A stretch of 64,000 bases of DNA from positions 32,001 through 96,000 of the forward strand of contig CAWJKT010000015.1 of NCBI GenBank assembly GCA_963843375.1, read 5' to 3'. The stretch is from an uncultured Pseudomonadota bacterium (GTDB lineage: Bacteria; Oederibacteriota; Muellerivitia; Muellerivitales; Muellerivitaceae). Below, piece after piece: positions 32,035 through 41,604 of the stretch. The position numbers were made by a program, and so were the translations under genes. A model generated the notes under the pieces. It was not told where the DNA came from. It did no database searches and was given only the letters and a program-made list of their open reading frames with translations. The stretch's first letter is position 1, and the number at the start of each line of letters is the position of its first letter.

Positions 32035-32877
32035 ATGAAACCAAACTTGGATTTTCGGAAAATTCGTCCCCAGCTTCGCATGGCATTGGATGAAGATGGT
32101 GCTTGGTATGATCGGACCACCTATGCCGTGGTGCCCTCGAGTTTTAAAACCCGTGGTGAAATCCTGGCCAAAGCGGACGGGGTTTTGGCGGGCCTGCCAG
32201 TCGTGGAACAGGTATTTAAAGCCTTGGATAAACGCTGCAGGGTAAAGGCTTTATTAAAAGAGGGATCCAAAGTCCACAAAGGCATGAAGGTCGCCACCTT
32301 ACAAGGTTACGCCCGTCCTCTTCTTTCCGGCGAGCGGGTGGCGCTTAATCTCTTGAGCCGCCTTTCCGGGGTGGCCACCTTGACTCGCAAATTTACCGAT
32401 GTCGTCAAGGGACCTCGCATTTACGATACCCGCAAAACGACCCCGCTTTGGCGAACTCTGGAGCGTTATGCCGTTCGGGTAGGTGGGGGCCAAAACCACC
32501 GGTTCAACTTGGCCGGACATGTGCTGATTAAAGACAACCACTTGAGCCTCGGGGGAGGGGTTTATGCCTGCGTCCATGCCGCCCGAAAAAAATATGGATC
32601 CCAGGAATTCATCGAGGTGGAAGTGGAGAACTTTGAACAGGCTTCCGAGGCTCTTAGAGCGGGGGCCAATATCATCCTGGTGGATAACGCCGATCCGCGG
32701 GTTTTTCAGCGAATTCTGAAGCTGGTGAAAGACAAAATGCAGGTCGAAATCTCGGGGGGCCTCACTCTCCAAAACATCAAGAAATACTCCCGAATTCCGG
32801 TGGACCGCTTTTCTTCGGGCGCCTTGACCCATTCCGCCACCTCCGTCGATTTTTCAATCGAGCTTTACCCAGCCTAG
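32035..32877 (+). CDS. nadC: Quinolinate phosphoribosyltransferase
   Basis: ERVALN, DTRKTTP, NHRFNL, LIKDNH, EVEVE, EISGG. Confidence 0.95.
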   Translation: MKPNLDFRKIRPQLRMALDEDGAWYDRTTYAVVPSSFKTRGEILAKADGVLAGLPVVEQVFKALDKRCRVKALLKEGSKVHKGMKVATLQGYARPLLSGERVALNLLSRLSGVATLTRKFTDVVKGPRIYDTRKTTPLWRTLERYAVRVGGGQNHRFNLAGHVLIKDNHLSLGGGVYACVHAARKKYGSQEFIEVEVENFEQASEALRAGANIILVDNADPRVFQRILKLVKDKMQVEISGGLTLQNIKKYSRIPVDRFSSGALTHSATSVDFSIELYPA

Positions 32878-33092
32878 GCTCAAATCGGCTTAACTTCCCG
32901 GAATTACCAATGCGATATTGTCGATTAAAATCAGGCAGATAACAAACACTTCAAATATCTCCCTGTGGTTCTGAAAACAAATTATGGTAACCTTTTTGAG
33001 GTCAGAGCGCCTCACCGGGAAATCATTCTCGTTGTCCTAATTGCCAACTTTTTCCTGTTAAACAATTCTTCCATCGGTTATTTTCTTTCGGC

Positions 33093-33923
33093 ATGAAACA
33101 TCCACCCTTAAAAGCCAAGATGACCCCGCAAGCCGTTTTAAGGGGGCTTAAAACCCGCATTTTAGGCAGAAGCCTCCTGTGCCTCGAAAAGACCAGCTCT
33201 ACGAACGATGTTATCTTGGAATTAGCGCGACAGGGCGCCCTTGAGGGAACCACCGTAACCGCGGACATCCAAACCCAGGGAAGGGGACGGCAAGGAAGAC
33301 GATGGACTCAAACCCAGGGGAAGGGGCTGGCTTTTTCCCTGCTTCTGCGGCCCAAGCTTCATTCGGATGAGCTTTCCGAAATCACTTTGGCGGCGGCTGT
33401 GGCGGTGGCGAAAACACTCGAAAGCTTCCAGCTAAAACCCCAAATCAAATGGCCCAATGATTTGCTTTTAAATGGGCGAAAGGTTTGCGGCATTTTGACC
33501 GAAATGGGGCCGAAAAAAGATAAAATGGTTTCGGTGGTGTTGGGAATCGGGGTCAACTTAAACCAAACCACCAGGGATTTTCCCCGGGAATTAAGGCGCA
33601 CAGCGACGAGTCTTTACCGCTTTTCGGGGCGAAAAGTGGATCGCATCCGGTTTCTTCAAACGTTACTACATCATCTAGAAGAAACCTATCATTGGGTTGC
33701 GGAGAGGCAATTTTCCAAGGTATTGGCTGAATGGCGGAAAAGAGCAGTTACCCTTGAGCAGCAAGTCAAAATCAGCCAGGCCCAACATGTTTTTTACGGA
33801 CAGGTGATAAATATCGATGAGAAGGGCGCCTTGCTGGTGAGAAATGACAGTGGAATTGTTGAAAGAGTGACTTCCGGGGACGTGGAAGTAGTCCCCGTGG
33901 AACCACGGAAGAGGCAATCATGA
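33093..33923 (+). CDS. birA: Biotin--[acetyl-CoA-carboxylase] ligase (no HTH domain)
   Basis: SSTN, QTQGRGRQGRRW, KWPNDL, KVCGIL. Confidence 0.93.
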   Translation: MKHPPLKAKMTPQAVLRGLKTRILGRSLLCLEKTSSTNDVILELARQGALEGTTVTADIQTQGRGRQGRRWTQTQGKGLAFSLLLRPKLHSDELSEITLAAAVAVAKTLESFQLKPQIKWPNDLLLNGRKVCGILTEMGPKKDKMVSVVLGIGVNLNQTTRDFPRELRRTATSLYRFSGRKVDRIRFLQTLLHHLEETYHWVAERQFSKVLAEWRKRAVTLEQQVKISQAQHVFYGQVINIDEKGALLVRNDSGIVERVTSGDVEVVPVEPRKRQS

Positions 33924-34669
33924 TTTGGGCGGTTTTGATCGGCAATACAAGAGCTGTAGCGGCCTTGATGAAAGGAACAAAGGTGCTTCAACGCCATATT
34001 GTTTCGACCCAATCTTTTAGGAAATCCTCGTTTTATTTGACGTGGGCCAAGAGGCTCCGAAGAAAATCAAAGGTCGATGGCGTCATCGTGGCCAGTGTTG
34101 TTCCTTGGGTGGATTTGGACCTTCGTAGGGCTTTTAAAAAAACGTTCAATCAAAATCCTTTCTTCATAACCCACCAAAGCAAGCTCGGGATTAAAGTCAA
34201 AGTCAAAAAGCCGTCCCAAGTCGGCGCAGACCGATTGGCTAACGCAGTGGCGGCTCAGCATTTTTATGGGGTCCCTTCCATTGTCGTGGATTTCGGTACT
34301 GGAACCACTTTTGACGTTTTGGATAGGAGTGGGGCCTATTGTGGTGGAGCTATTTTACCGGGTGTTGGAACTTCCTTAAGGGCCCTTCACGAGTTCACTG
34401 CAAAAATTCCAGTTGTCCAATTTGAACCCATTCATTTTGCCGTGGGTAAAACCACGGAAGAAGCTGTTCGGTCAGGAGTTTATCATGGAGCCGTGGGCAC
34501 AACCCGGGAACTGTTATTGCGTATCCGGGAGGAGATCGGAAGAAAGGCCCCCGCCGTGGCGACAGGAGGCTGGTGCCGGGTGTTTGAAAAAACCGGCCTG
34601 TTTCACCATATCGAACCTGATTTAACCCTTAAGGGCTTGGCGCTGATTTGGCAAAACCAATATGCGTAA
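33920..34669 (+). CDS. coaX: Type III pantothenate kinase
   Basis: IGNT, SVVP, VGADR, VVDFGTGTTFD, GGAILPG, ATGG. Confidence 0.92.
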   Translation: MIWAVLIGNTRAVAALMKGTKVLQRHIVSTQSFRKSSFYLTWAKRLRRKSKVDGVIVASVVPWVDLDLRRAFKKTFNQNPFFITHQSKLGIKVKVKKPSQVGADRLANAVAAQHFYGVPSIVVDFGTGTTFDVLDRSGAYCGGAILPGVGTSLRALHEFTAKIPVVQFEPIHFAVGKTTEEAVRSGVYHGAVGTTRELLLRIREEIGRKAPAVATGGWCRVFEKTGLFHHIEPDLTLKGLALIWQNQYA

Positions 34670-37007
34670 TATTGAGGATCTAGCCGCGGAGGAAGACTCG
34701 CGGATTTGGGAAGAGCGAAGCAAGGTTTTAAGGGTCTTCTTACTTTGGTTGGGGTCAGGTTCTGAAATCTGGGGTTGGTATCTCTTTTCCCAACCGCAAA
34801 TCGGTAAAGGCGCCCTGTTTATTATCGCCTCCTTCGTGTTTTTTGGATTGGCCTGGGGAATATTAAGGGTTTTCAGCAATTCAACGATTCCTTTCGTTTT
34901 AGGACTGGCTTCTGGACTGGGTGGGTTTGCCTTTTATTCCTATTCCAGGTTGCCCTCTTTTTACTGGGGGCATGATCCATCTTTTTGGCTGTCGGTACAG
35001 GCTGGCGCCGTAACGGAACCATTCTGGTCACCCCTGAGCTATCTTTTGGCTGAAGCGGCTGGGTTCCTGCTGCCTCAGCTTCAGTTTTCGTTTCTTCCTG
35101 AACTATCCGGCGTTCTTTTGTCTATCACTTTATTTTTTATCCTGCAAGTTTATTTTTCGGAATTGCAAGATAAAACTTTTCGGAATGTTCTTTTTGCGCT
35201 TTTGATTTGCGTGGTGTTGGGGGCGAGCGCCCCATTTTGGAATTCGGGAACAATGGGGGCGGGAATCCCGTCTGTTTTAGGTCTTTTGATTTTTATTTTA
35301 CAATCTCTCCTTTTCAAGAAAGAGGGAAGACCATGGAGAGGGCTTGCCTTTCTTCTGGGGTTATTGTGGTCAGTGCATCCGCTTTGGGGATTAGTGGGAA
35401 CTTTAAACTACCTGGGTTTCCTCGATTTTGAGGGGAAAAAGTTGAGGCGATATTTTTTCCCGTTTTTACTTGGGTTGACTCCCTACCTTTGGATCTTGTT
35501 CCGAACGGGGAAGTATTTTCCTTCATGGGGCGGGCGGCAGCCTTTTTTGGAAATGCTGAAAGAGTGGAAATCGCTTTGGTTATTTCATGTGGCGCAAGAC
35601 TGGATTCCTTTGGAGGCATTCAAGGCTCTGGGGTTGATCGCTTTAGTTTTAGGGGCCATTACCATTTTGGGTTTTCTTTTATACGCTTTTAAATGGAAGT
35701 CTGGATGGAAAATACAACTTTCAGTGATGGAGTTTTGGATTTGGGTATTCGCGGGGGTGGGAGGTTGGTTCTTTTATTCGGTTTCAACGGAATTGTTGGG
35801 GCCCACAATTTTATGGTTCCTGGCGGGTTTAGGGAACCTACTTTTAAAACTTTTTGAAAAGTGCAATTCGTCTCCTTTCACGGGCAAACTTCTGACTTGG
35901 TTCGCTCCAAGCGCCTTGGTTTTAAGTCTCAGCCTTGTTTTTTTTCCTGGCCAAAATTTTTGGAGAAGTCAGTTCTATTTTCCCCCCCAACATGCGATGA
36001 ATCTGCTTCAAACCCTCGGTGAAAAATCCCTTTTGATTTGCCAAGATCCCTTTGAGGCCGCGGCCTGTATGGAAACCCGTCTGATGGAACCGGCCGCTCC
36101 TAATAGCATGATCCTGGAGCAAAAATACCTGAACCAAAAGTGGTATATCACCCAGGTGATGGCCCATGAACCAGGAATTTTATTTTCCATAATGCCGGAG
36201 ATTCCCCAGGACATCCCCAAGACCCTCATTCTCGACAATAGCTCAACCTGGGACATTCAGTGGGACCTTTCGGTTTTGCCCAAGGGGTGGACGGAACCCG
36301 TGGGAGTTCCAACCGTTTTAACGGAGGAATTTGCGGGGAACCCCGCCACCCTTCTCGACCCGGAGCGGTTTCAATACCGGTTTGACCTGGCGGCTATGCC
36401 TATAGAAGGGTTGACTGGGGATGCAATAACAAGGAATTATTATTCGCGTTATGTGATTGGTTTTGATGAACTAGGGAAGTTTTTAATGGGTTTGGGCCGA
36501 TATTCGGATTCGATACGCGCCTTTGATAGATCCCTCAAGCTCGACCCCTCTTTTCAGGAACCGCAAACCTTTTTGGCCCAAATGTATTCCCAAAAGAATA
36601 TCCTGGAAGCCGCCCAGTTGGAATTTGAAAAAATAATCCATGTTCAACCGGATAAGATTTCAGTATTGATGGGGAGGATCGAGGAAGCCCAGAAGGATAA
36701 GGACGAGTCGGAAATAGGTTTGTGGTTGGATCAAATGATTCAATTGAATTCGGAATTGGCCAACGCCGAATATCAATTGTCGAAAATCTATGAAAAAGAG
36801 GGGCGAACCCAGGAGGCCAAGACAATGTTGGAATCCTCCGTCAACATGAACCCGCAACAATTGGGAGCCCAGATAACGCTTGGCCACCTGATGAAAAAAT
36901 TAGGAAACCGAATCAAGGCACAAGAAGCTTTTCACTCGGCTTTAGTGATCGACCCCCAAAACAAGGAAGCGCAAGTGGAGTATTGGAAATTGCTGAACAA
37001 TCAGTGA
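34662..37007 (+). CDS. Multi-TM membrane protein with C-terminal TPRs; divergent DUF2723/TMEM260-like
   Basis: Many TM segments; LPSFYWGHDPSF...TEPFWSPLSYLL parallels the DUF2723 DSGE...HPPGYP region; TPR repeats in the last ~180 aa. Confidence 0.6.
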   Translation: MRNIEDLAAEEDSRIWEERSKVLRVFLLWLGSGSEIWGWYLFSQPQIGKGALFIIASFVFFGLAWGILRVFSNSTIPFVLGLASGLGGFAFYSYSRLPSFYWGHDPSFWLSVQAGAVTEPFWSPLSYLLAEAAGFLLPQLQFSFLPELSGVLLSITLFFILQVYFSELQDKTFRNVLFALLICVVLGASAPFWNSGTMGAGIPSVLGLLIFILQSLLFKKEGRPWRGLAFLLGLLWSVHPLWGLVGTLNYLGFLDFEGKKLRRYFFPFLLGLTPYLWILFRTGKYFPSWGGRQPFLEMLKEWKSLWLFHVAQDWIPLEAFKALGLIALVLGAITILGFLLYAFKWKSGWKIQLSVMEFWIWVFAGVGGWFFYSVSTELLGPTILWFLAGLGNLLLKLFEKCNSSPFTGKLLTWFAPSALVLSLSLVFFPGQNFWRSQFYFPPQHAMNLLQTLGEKSLLICQDPFEAAACMETRLMEPAAPNSMILEQKYLNQKWYITQVMAHEPGILFSIMPEIPQDIPKTLILDNSSTWDIQWDLSVLPKGWTEPVGVPTVLTEEFAGNPATLLDPERFQYRFDLAAMPIEGLTGDAITRNYYSRYVIGFDELGKFLMGLGRYSDSIRAFDRSLKLDPSFQEPQTFLAQMYSQKNILEAAQLEFEKIIHVQPDKISVLMGRIEEAQKDKDESEIGLWLDQMIQLNSELANAEYQLSKIYEKEGRTQEAKTMLESSVNMNPQQLGAQITLGHLMKKLGNRIKAQEAFHSALVIDPQNKEAQVEYWKLLNNQ

Positions 37008-38752
37008 GGTTTTCAGTGAGAACAAAAGAACCTGAGTCTGTTTCCAAGGTGAAAATTAAAAGGTCGTTCTCTCTCTTTTTTCCCGGGGGTGGCCTCCTTT
37101 ATTTATCTGTTTTGTGGGTAATCCTCTTGAGGGCCCAAAACCCTGGATTGATGTCCGATGATAGCGGGGAAATGGCCTCCTCGGCTTACGGGTTGGGGAT
37201 TCCCCATCCTCCGGGTTACCCACTCTTCAACTTATTGGGGCATTTAGTTTGTTGGTTGCCGCTCGGAACGGTTGCTTTTCGCTTAAATCTCTTATCCGAG
37301 TTCTTTGTTTTAGTCTCCTTGGGGATTGTTTTAATTACCTGCCGAAGAATTGTTGATAAATTACCGGGCCCATTTCTGGGAAGAGGTATTGAAGATTTGC
37401 TTTTAATGATGGTTGGAATCTTTTTTATTTCTTGCCGGAGCATTTTTGCACAAAGCCTCACTGCAAAAGGCTGTATTTACTCTCTAACTCTGTTATTGGT
37501 TTCCTGCGTGGCCTTGCTGCAACTATTGGATGTTGGGAAAGTCTCTTTGAAGTTTTTGTTTTTAGCCGTTTTTTTATGGGCGGTAGGAATGGGGAACCAT
37601 TGGCAAACCATGGTTTTATTCATTCCATTTTATTTATTTTGGTTTTATAAAAAAAAATCCGTTTTGAATTTACGAAATTTTATTTTCATGTTTATGGTCG
37701 TTCTGGTGGGGTTCTCTACCTATTTGTACCTGCCCTTGAGGGCGGAATTAAACTGCTCACCATCCTGGGGGTATCCCATTCATTTTTCTCTTTTCTTTTG
37801 GGTTGTTTCCCGGCAGTTGATTGCTGGCCATGAACCCTGGATCCAAAATCCCCTCTTTTATTTTGAGACGGTTAAGGAAATTTCAAAGGTTTTTGTTTTT
37901 TATTGGCTCCCCGGTTTTATTTTTTTTGTTTTGATCGGAATGAGAATCTTATGGATCAATGAAAAGAGAGTGGCTTTGGCCATGTTGTTGCTTTTGTTAC
38001 CTGTTTTTGCAGGGATCGTGGCAATTCATGAACAAAAAAATATTTATTTACTGCATGCCTATTTGGTTCCGCTGGCGGGATTGATAGGAGTGTTTGGCTT
38101 TTGGGGTTTTCGTTCCCTTTTTACCTTTACGAATAACAAAATGACTCAGTGGATGATGATTTTTTTATTTATTTTTGTATCTGTTGCGTGGTTTATTCAT
38201 GTTTTTCAAATTGAAAGCAAAAATGAGTATTTGGCGGCTGAGGATTTTGGCGAAAATGTCATGAAACCCCTTCCGGAGGGATCCATTCTCCTTGCCGAAG
38301 GGGATCATTACGTGATGTCGATTTGGTATGAACGGTTCGTGAAGCAGAAAAGACAGGATTTGATCTTTGAACCATCCGTATTTCTTCTTCATGGCTGGGG
38401 ATGGAAACAACTGGCAAATCAATCAAAAGACTTGAATCAGGTCGAAAGCGGTTCAACCTTATTTGGGAATCGGTTGGAGTTTTTAACCCGCTTTCCTCTT
38501 GCCCACCCTCTCTATTATTCGCTATCAATGATGGAACTTGGGCCGGTCCTGGCCCAAATGCCCGGAATTTGGGTTCCAAAGGGGTTAACTTATGAATGGG
38601 AATCCCAAAAACCAAACCAACCGCGAATAGATCATCCAAATATACGAACCTTTCAGGATCTAAGAATTCGGGGAATGGATTATTGGGGAAGTCCCGCTAT
38701 GGACCCTTCCACCGCTGAAATTTACCGTTATTACCATTCCGAGCCTTTTTGA
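37004..38752 (+). CDS. DUF2723 / TMEM260 family GT-C protein (putative protein O-mannosyltransferase)
   Basis: DDSGE..S.YGLGIPHPPGYPLF, RLNLLS, GNH, YLYLPLRA, WG.P. Start uncertain (GTG 37004 overlaps the upstream stop). Confidence 0.8.
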   Translation: MRFSVRTKEPESVSKVKIKRSFSLFFPGGGLLYLSVLWVILLRAQNPGLMSDDSGEMASSAYGLGIPHPPGYPLFNLLGHLVCWLPLGTVAFRLNLLSEFFVLVSLGIVLITCRRIVDKLPGPFLGRGIEDLLLMMVGIFFISCRSIFAQSLTAKGCIYSLTLLLVSCVALLQLLDVGKVSLKFLFLAVFLWAVGMGNHWQTMVLFIPFYLFWFYKKKSVLNLRNFIFMFMVVLVGFSTYLYLPLRAELNCSPSWGYPIHFSLFFWVVSRQLIAGHEPWIQNPLFYFETVKEISKVFVFYWLPGFIFFVLIGMRILWINEKRVALAMLLLLLPVFAGIVAIHEQKNIYLLHAYLVPLAGLIGVFGFWGFRSLFTFTNNKMTQWMMIFLFIFVSVAWFIHVFQIESKNEYLAAEDFGENVMKPLPEGSILLAEGDHYVMSIWYERFVKQKRQDLIFEPSVFLLHGWGWKQLANQSKDLNQVESGSTLFGNRLEFLTRFPLAHPLYYSLSMMELGPVLAQMPGIWVPKGLTYEWESQKPNQPRIDHPNIRTFQDLRIRGMDYWGSPAMDPSTAEIYRYYHSEPF

Positions 38753-38793
38753 TGGTAAAACCATAAAATAATGGGTTTTTCCCCCTTTGAAAT

Positions 38794-38802
38794 TGATATA
38801 AT
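38794..38802 (+). promoter_or_regulatory. Extended -10 promoter element upstream of the pilT-TPR cluster
   Basis: TGaTATAAT, 44 nt upstream of ATG 38847. Confidence 0.5.
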
Positions 38803-38846
38803 GAAGTCGATGTTTCGACGCTTTTAAACGCTTTCTGGGAGATGGG

Positions 38847-41150
38847 ATGGACCTTCAGCAGCTCCTTTATTCCATGGTTGAAAAAAAGGCCTCCGATGTG
38901 CATATGAAGGCCGGTGCTCCTCCTCTTTTTCGTATTGATGGTGACTTGGCCCCCCAAAGCGAGAATCCCTTGACCCCCCAGGAACTAGCTGAAGTGGCTT
39001 CCTATCTCATGGATGAAAAACAACAAAGAACCTTTTTCGAAGAACATAAAGAAGTGGATTTGGCCTATGCCGTGGAAGGTTTGGCTCGATTCAGGACCAA
39101 TGCCATGTGGCAAAGGGGATTGCCTGAGATAATTATGCGCGTTATTCCACAGCGCATTCCGAAAATTGAAGATATTAATATGCCGACAGCGATTCTGAAA
39201 CAAATTGCCATGGAGCAACGGGGCCTAATTCTGGTGACCGGAATCACGGGATCGGGCAAATCCACTACTTTAGCATCCCTTATCAATGAAATGAACGTCA
39301 ACCGGGCGGCTCATATCGTCACGGTTGAAGATCCCATCGAGTTCGTCCATCCTGACAAAAAATCAAGCGTCACCCAGCGGGAAGTTGGTCTTGATACCGA
39401 GAGCTTCAAAACGGCCCTTAAATATGTTTTGCGGCAAGACCCAGATATCATTCTGATTGGGGAAATGCGCGATATTGAAACGGTTCAGGCCGCCATATCA
39501 GCCGCCGAAACGGGCCACTTGGTTTTATCGACCCTGCATACGATGGATACGATTCAAACGATCGAGCGTATTTTAGATTTTTTCCCTCCGGAACAACAAA
39601 ATCAAATTCGGGTCCAGCTTGCTGGAACCCTCCGGGCTGTTATTTCCCAACGATTAGTCAACAAGGCCGATGGTGTTGGGGTGGTGCCGGCTTGCGAAAT
39701 CATGATTGTGACCCAGACCATAAAATCCTTGATCGCCGAGGGCAAAATTTCATCCATCCGGCAATTTATCGCGGAAGGCCATAGTCAATATGGCATGCAA
39801 ACTTTCGATCAATCCTTGATTCAATTAGTTCGCGGGGGGTTCATCACGAAAGAAAACGCCATGGAGCAGGCGTCTTCTCCCAGTGAAATAGATTTGGGAT
39901 TAAAAGGCATCTCTTCTTCGAAAGCCTCGGCTCAGTCTCTCATTTCTCAAATGGAGAATGCCCAACAAAAAGACCGCGTCAATGGCTGGCTTAAAAAGGG
40001 GCAGGAATACTATGAAAAACGTCGTTACGATGAAGCAAGGGGTGAACTCAAACGAGTCCTTCAGGAAATTCCGGAGCATAAGGAAGCCAATGCCCTGATG
40101 GCTCGGTTGCGGGAGATGGATAATAAGAGCGAAAAGAAAAAGGACGCGTCCACCAACATCAAAACGGCTTTACAGCTTTACCGGGAGGGGAAGCATCAGG
40201 CGGCGATTTTGGAGTTTCAAAAAGCGCTGGAACTCGACCCGGAAAACAAACAAGCTCAGGGTTATATTAAGGCCATCCAGGAAGAACTGGATAACCGATC
40301 CAAGGCCCGTGAATTCTATCAGGCGGCTTTAAACGCCCAAAATCAAAATGATTTGGCGGGCGCTTTGTCCTATGTGGATCAAGCCCTGGTTCTTGATCCG
40401 GAAAACGAACAAGTCCAAGTTTTACAGCGGGACCTAAAAATATCCGTTCAAAAAGAACAGGCTCGATCCAAGGCTGATTCATTCAATCAAACAGCGATCG
40501 ATTTATACAAGTCGGGGGATTTGTTGAGCGCGTTGGTCGCTTGGAATAAAGCTTATGAGCTCAATTCCGAATTGGAAGATGTCGCCCGCTATCTTCAACA
40601 GGGAATCACCAAGCTTTTGTCATTTGGGGTGGATGGGTTGGATGCTAATCCAGAGAAACAGCTTATTTTAAACCTCTTCGAACAGGGAGTCCGCAGTTAT
40701 GTCCGTGGCGATTTTCAAACAGCTATGGACTTTTTCAAAAAAGCCATTTCCAAGGCCGATGGAAATAATTATTTAAACGCCTATCTTCAAAAGTCCGGCC
40801 AAATGTTGGAACAACAGATCGGCGAGTTCCTTCAAGACGGGATTCGTGCCCAACAATCCGGAGATTTGACTACCGCCCAAAAGGAATTCACGAAAGTCAT
40901 TCGGCTTTCCCCCGGACACCCTGAAGCCATTAAACAATTAGGGGCATTGAAGGTGACTATCCAGCAGAACATGGAAAAACTTTACGCCGATGGCAAACAA
41001 TATTTTGATGCCAATGACATGGACCGGGCCATTCGGATTTGGACCCAGATTTTAGACCTGGAGCCTTCAAATGAACGGGCTCAGAAGCGCATTGAAGAGG
41101 CGAAGATCAAAAAAAATACCTTAAGCGGAATATTTTCAAAAATCAGTTGA
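38847..41150 (+). CDS. pilT: PilT/PilU family type IV pilus retraction ATPase fused to ~400 aa of TPR repeats
   Basis: ASDVH, GITGSGKSTT, EDPIE, RQDPDIILIGEMRD, GHLVLSTLHT, GMQTFDQSL; then A...F.KALELDPEN-type TPRs in the same frame. Confidence 0.9.
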   Translation: MDLQQLLYSMVEKKASDVHMKAGAPPLFRIDGDLAPQSENPLTPQELAEVASYLMDEKQQRTFFEEHKEVDLAYAVEGLARFRTNAMWQRGLPEIIMRVIPQRIPKIEDINMPTAILKQIAMEQRGLILVTGITGSGKSTTLASLINEMNVNRAAHIVTVEDPIEFVHPDKKSSVTQREVGLDTESFKTALKYVLRQDPDIILIGEMRDIETVQAAISAAETGHLVLSTLHTMDTIQTIERILDFFPPEQQNQIRVQLAGTLRAVISQRLVNKADGVGVVPACEIMIVTQTIKSLIAEGKISSIRQFIAEGHSQYGMQTFDQSLIQLVRGGFITKENAMEQASSPSEIDLGLKGISSSKASAQSLISQMENAQQKDRVNGWLKKGQEYYEKRRYDEARGELKRVLQEIPEHKEANALMARLREMDNKSEKKKDASTNIKTALQLYREGKHQAAILEFQKALELDPENKQAQGYIKAIQEELDNRSKAREFYQAALNAQNQNDLAGALSYVDQALVLDPENEQVQVLQRDLKISVQKEQARSKADSFNQTAIDLYKSGDLLSALVAWNKAYELNSELEDVARYLQQGITKLLSFGVDGLDANPEKQLILNLFEQGVRSYVRGDFQTAMDFFKKAISKADGNNYLNAYLQKSGQMLEQQIGEFLQDGIRAQQSGDLTTAQKEFTKVIRLSPGHPEAIKQLGALKVTIQQNMEKLYADGKQYFDANDMDRAIRIWTQILDLEPSNERAQKRIEEAKIKKNTLSGIFSKIS

Positions 41151-41190
41151 TCTTACCTTGGCTGTTTTTGACTTTTAAAATTAAAAAGGG

Positions 41191-41604
41191 GTGGAAATGA
41201 AATTAATGATAGTGGGTGCTGGAGTTTTAATTCTGATTTTTATCGTTGTGCTGAACACGTCAATGGTCGCGGACCAAGCGTTATCTTGGGTTGCGGCCAA
41301 TCCAAAGGATCCTGGAGCCCCTGATGTTCTTTATCGCACGGCGCGGTGGTGCGATATGCTTGGTAGCGACGACAAGGCAGCATCCATATATTTACAATTG
41401 TACCAACAATATCCCGAGCGGGGGGACTTGTGTGCGCCCGCCCTTTATCATTTGGCGTACAATCTGGCGAATGGAACATATATTGTTGGAATCAAAAAAC
41501 AAGCCCTCCCTTATTTAGAAACGATCATGAACCAGTATTCGAGTCAAGACGAATGGTCGACTAAGGCAAAACAACTTTATGATGAGGTGAATTATGCCCA
41601 TTAA
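41191..41604 (+). CDS. Small membrane-anchored helical-repeat (TPR/YbgF-like) protein
   Basis: N-terminal hydrophobic segment; APDVLYR, LYQQYP and APALYHLA TPR-like pattern. Confidence 0.55.
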   Translation: MEMKLMIVGAGVLILIFIVVLNTSMVADQALSWVAANPKDPGAPDVLYRTARWCDMLGSDDKAASIYLQLYQQYPERGDLCAPALYHLAYNLANGTYIVGIKKQALPYLETIMNQYSSQDEWSTKAKQLYDEVNYAH

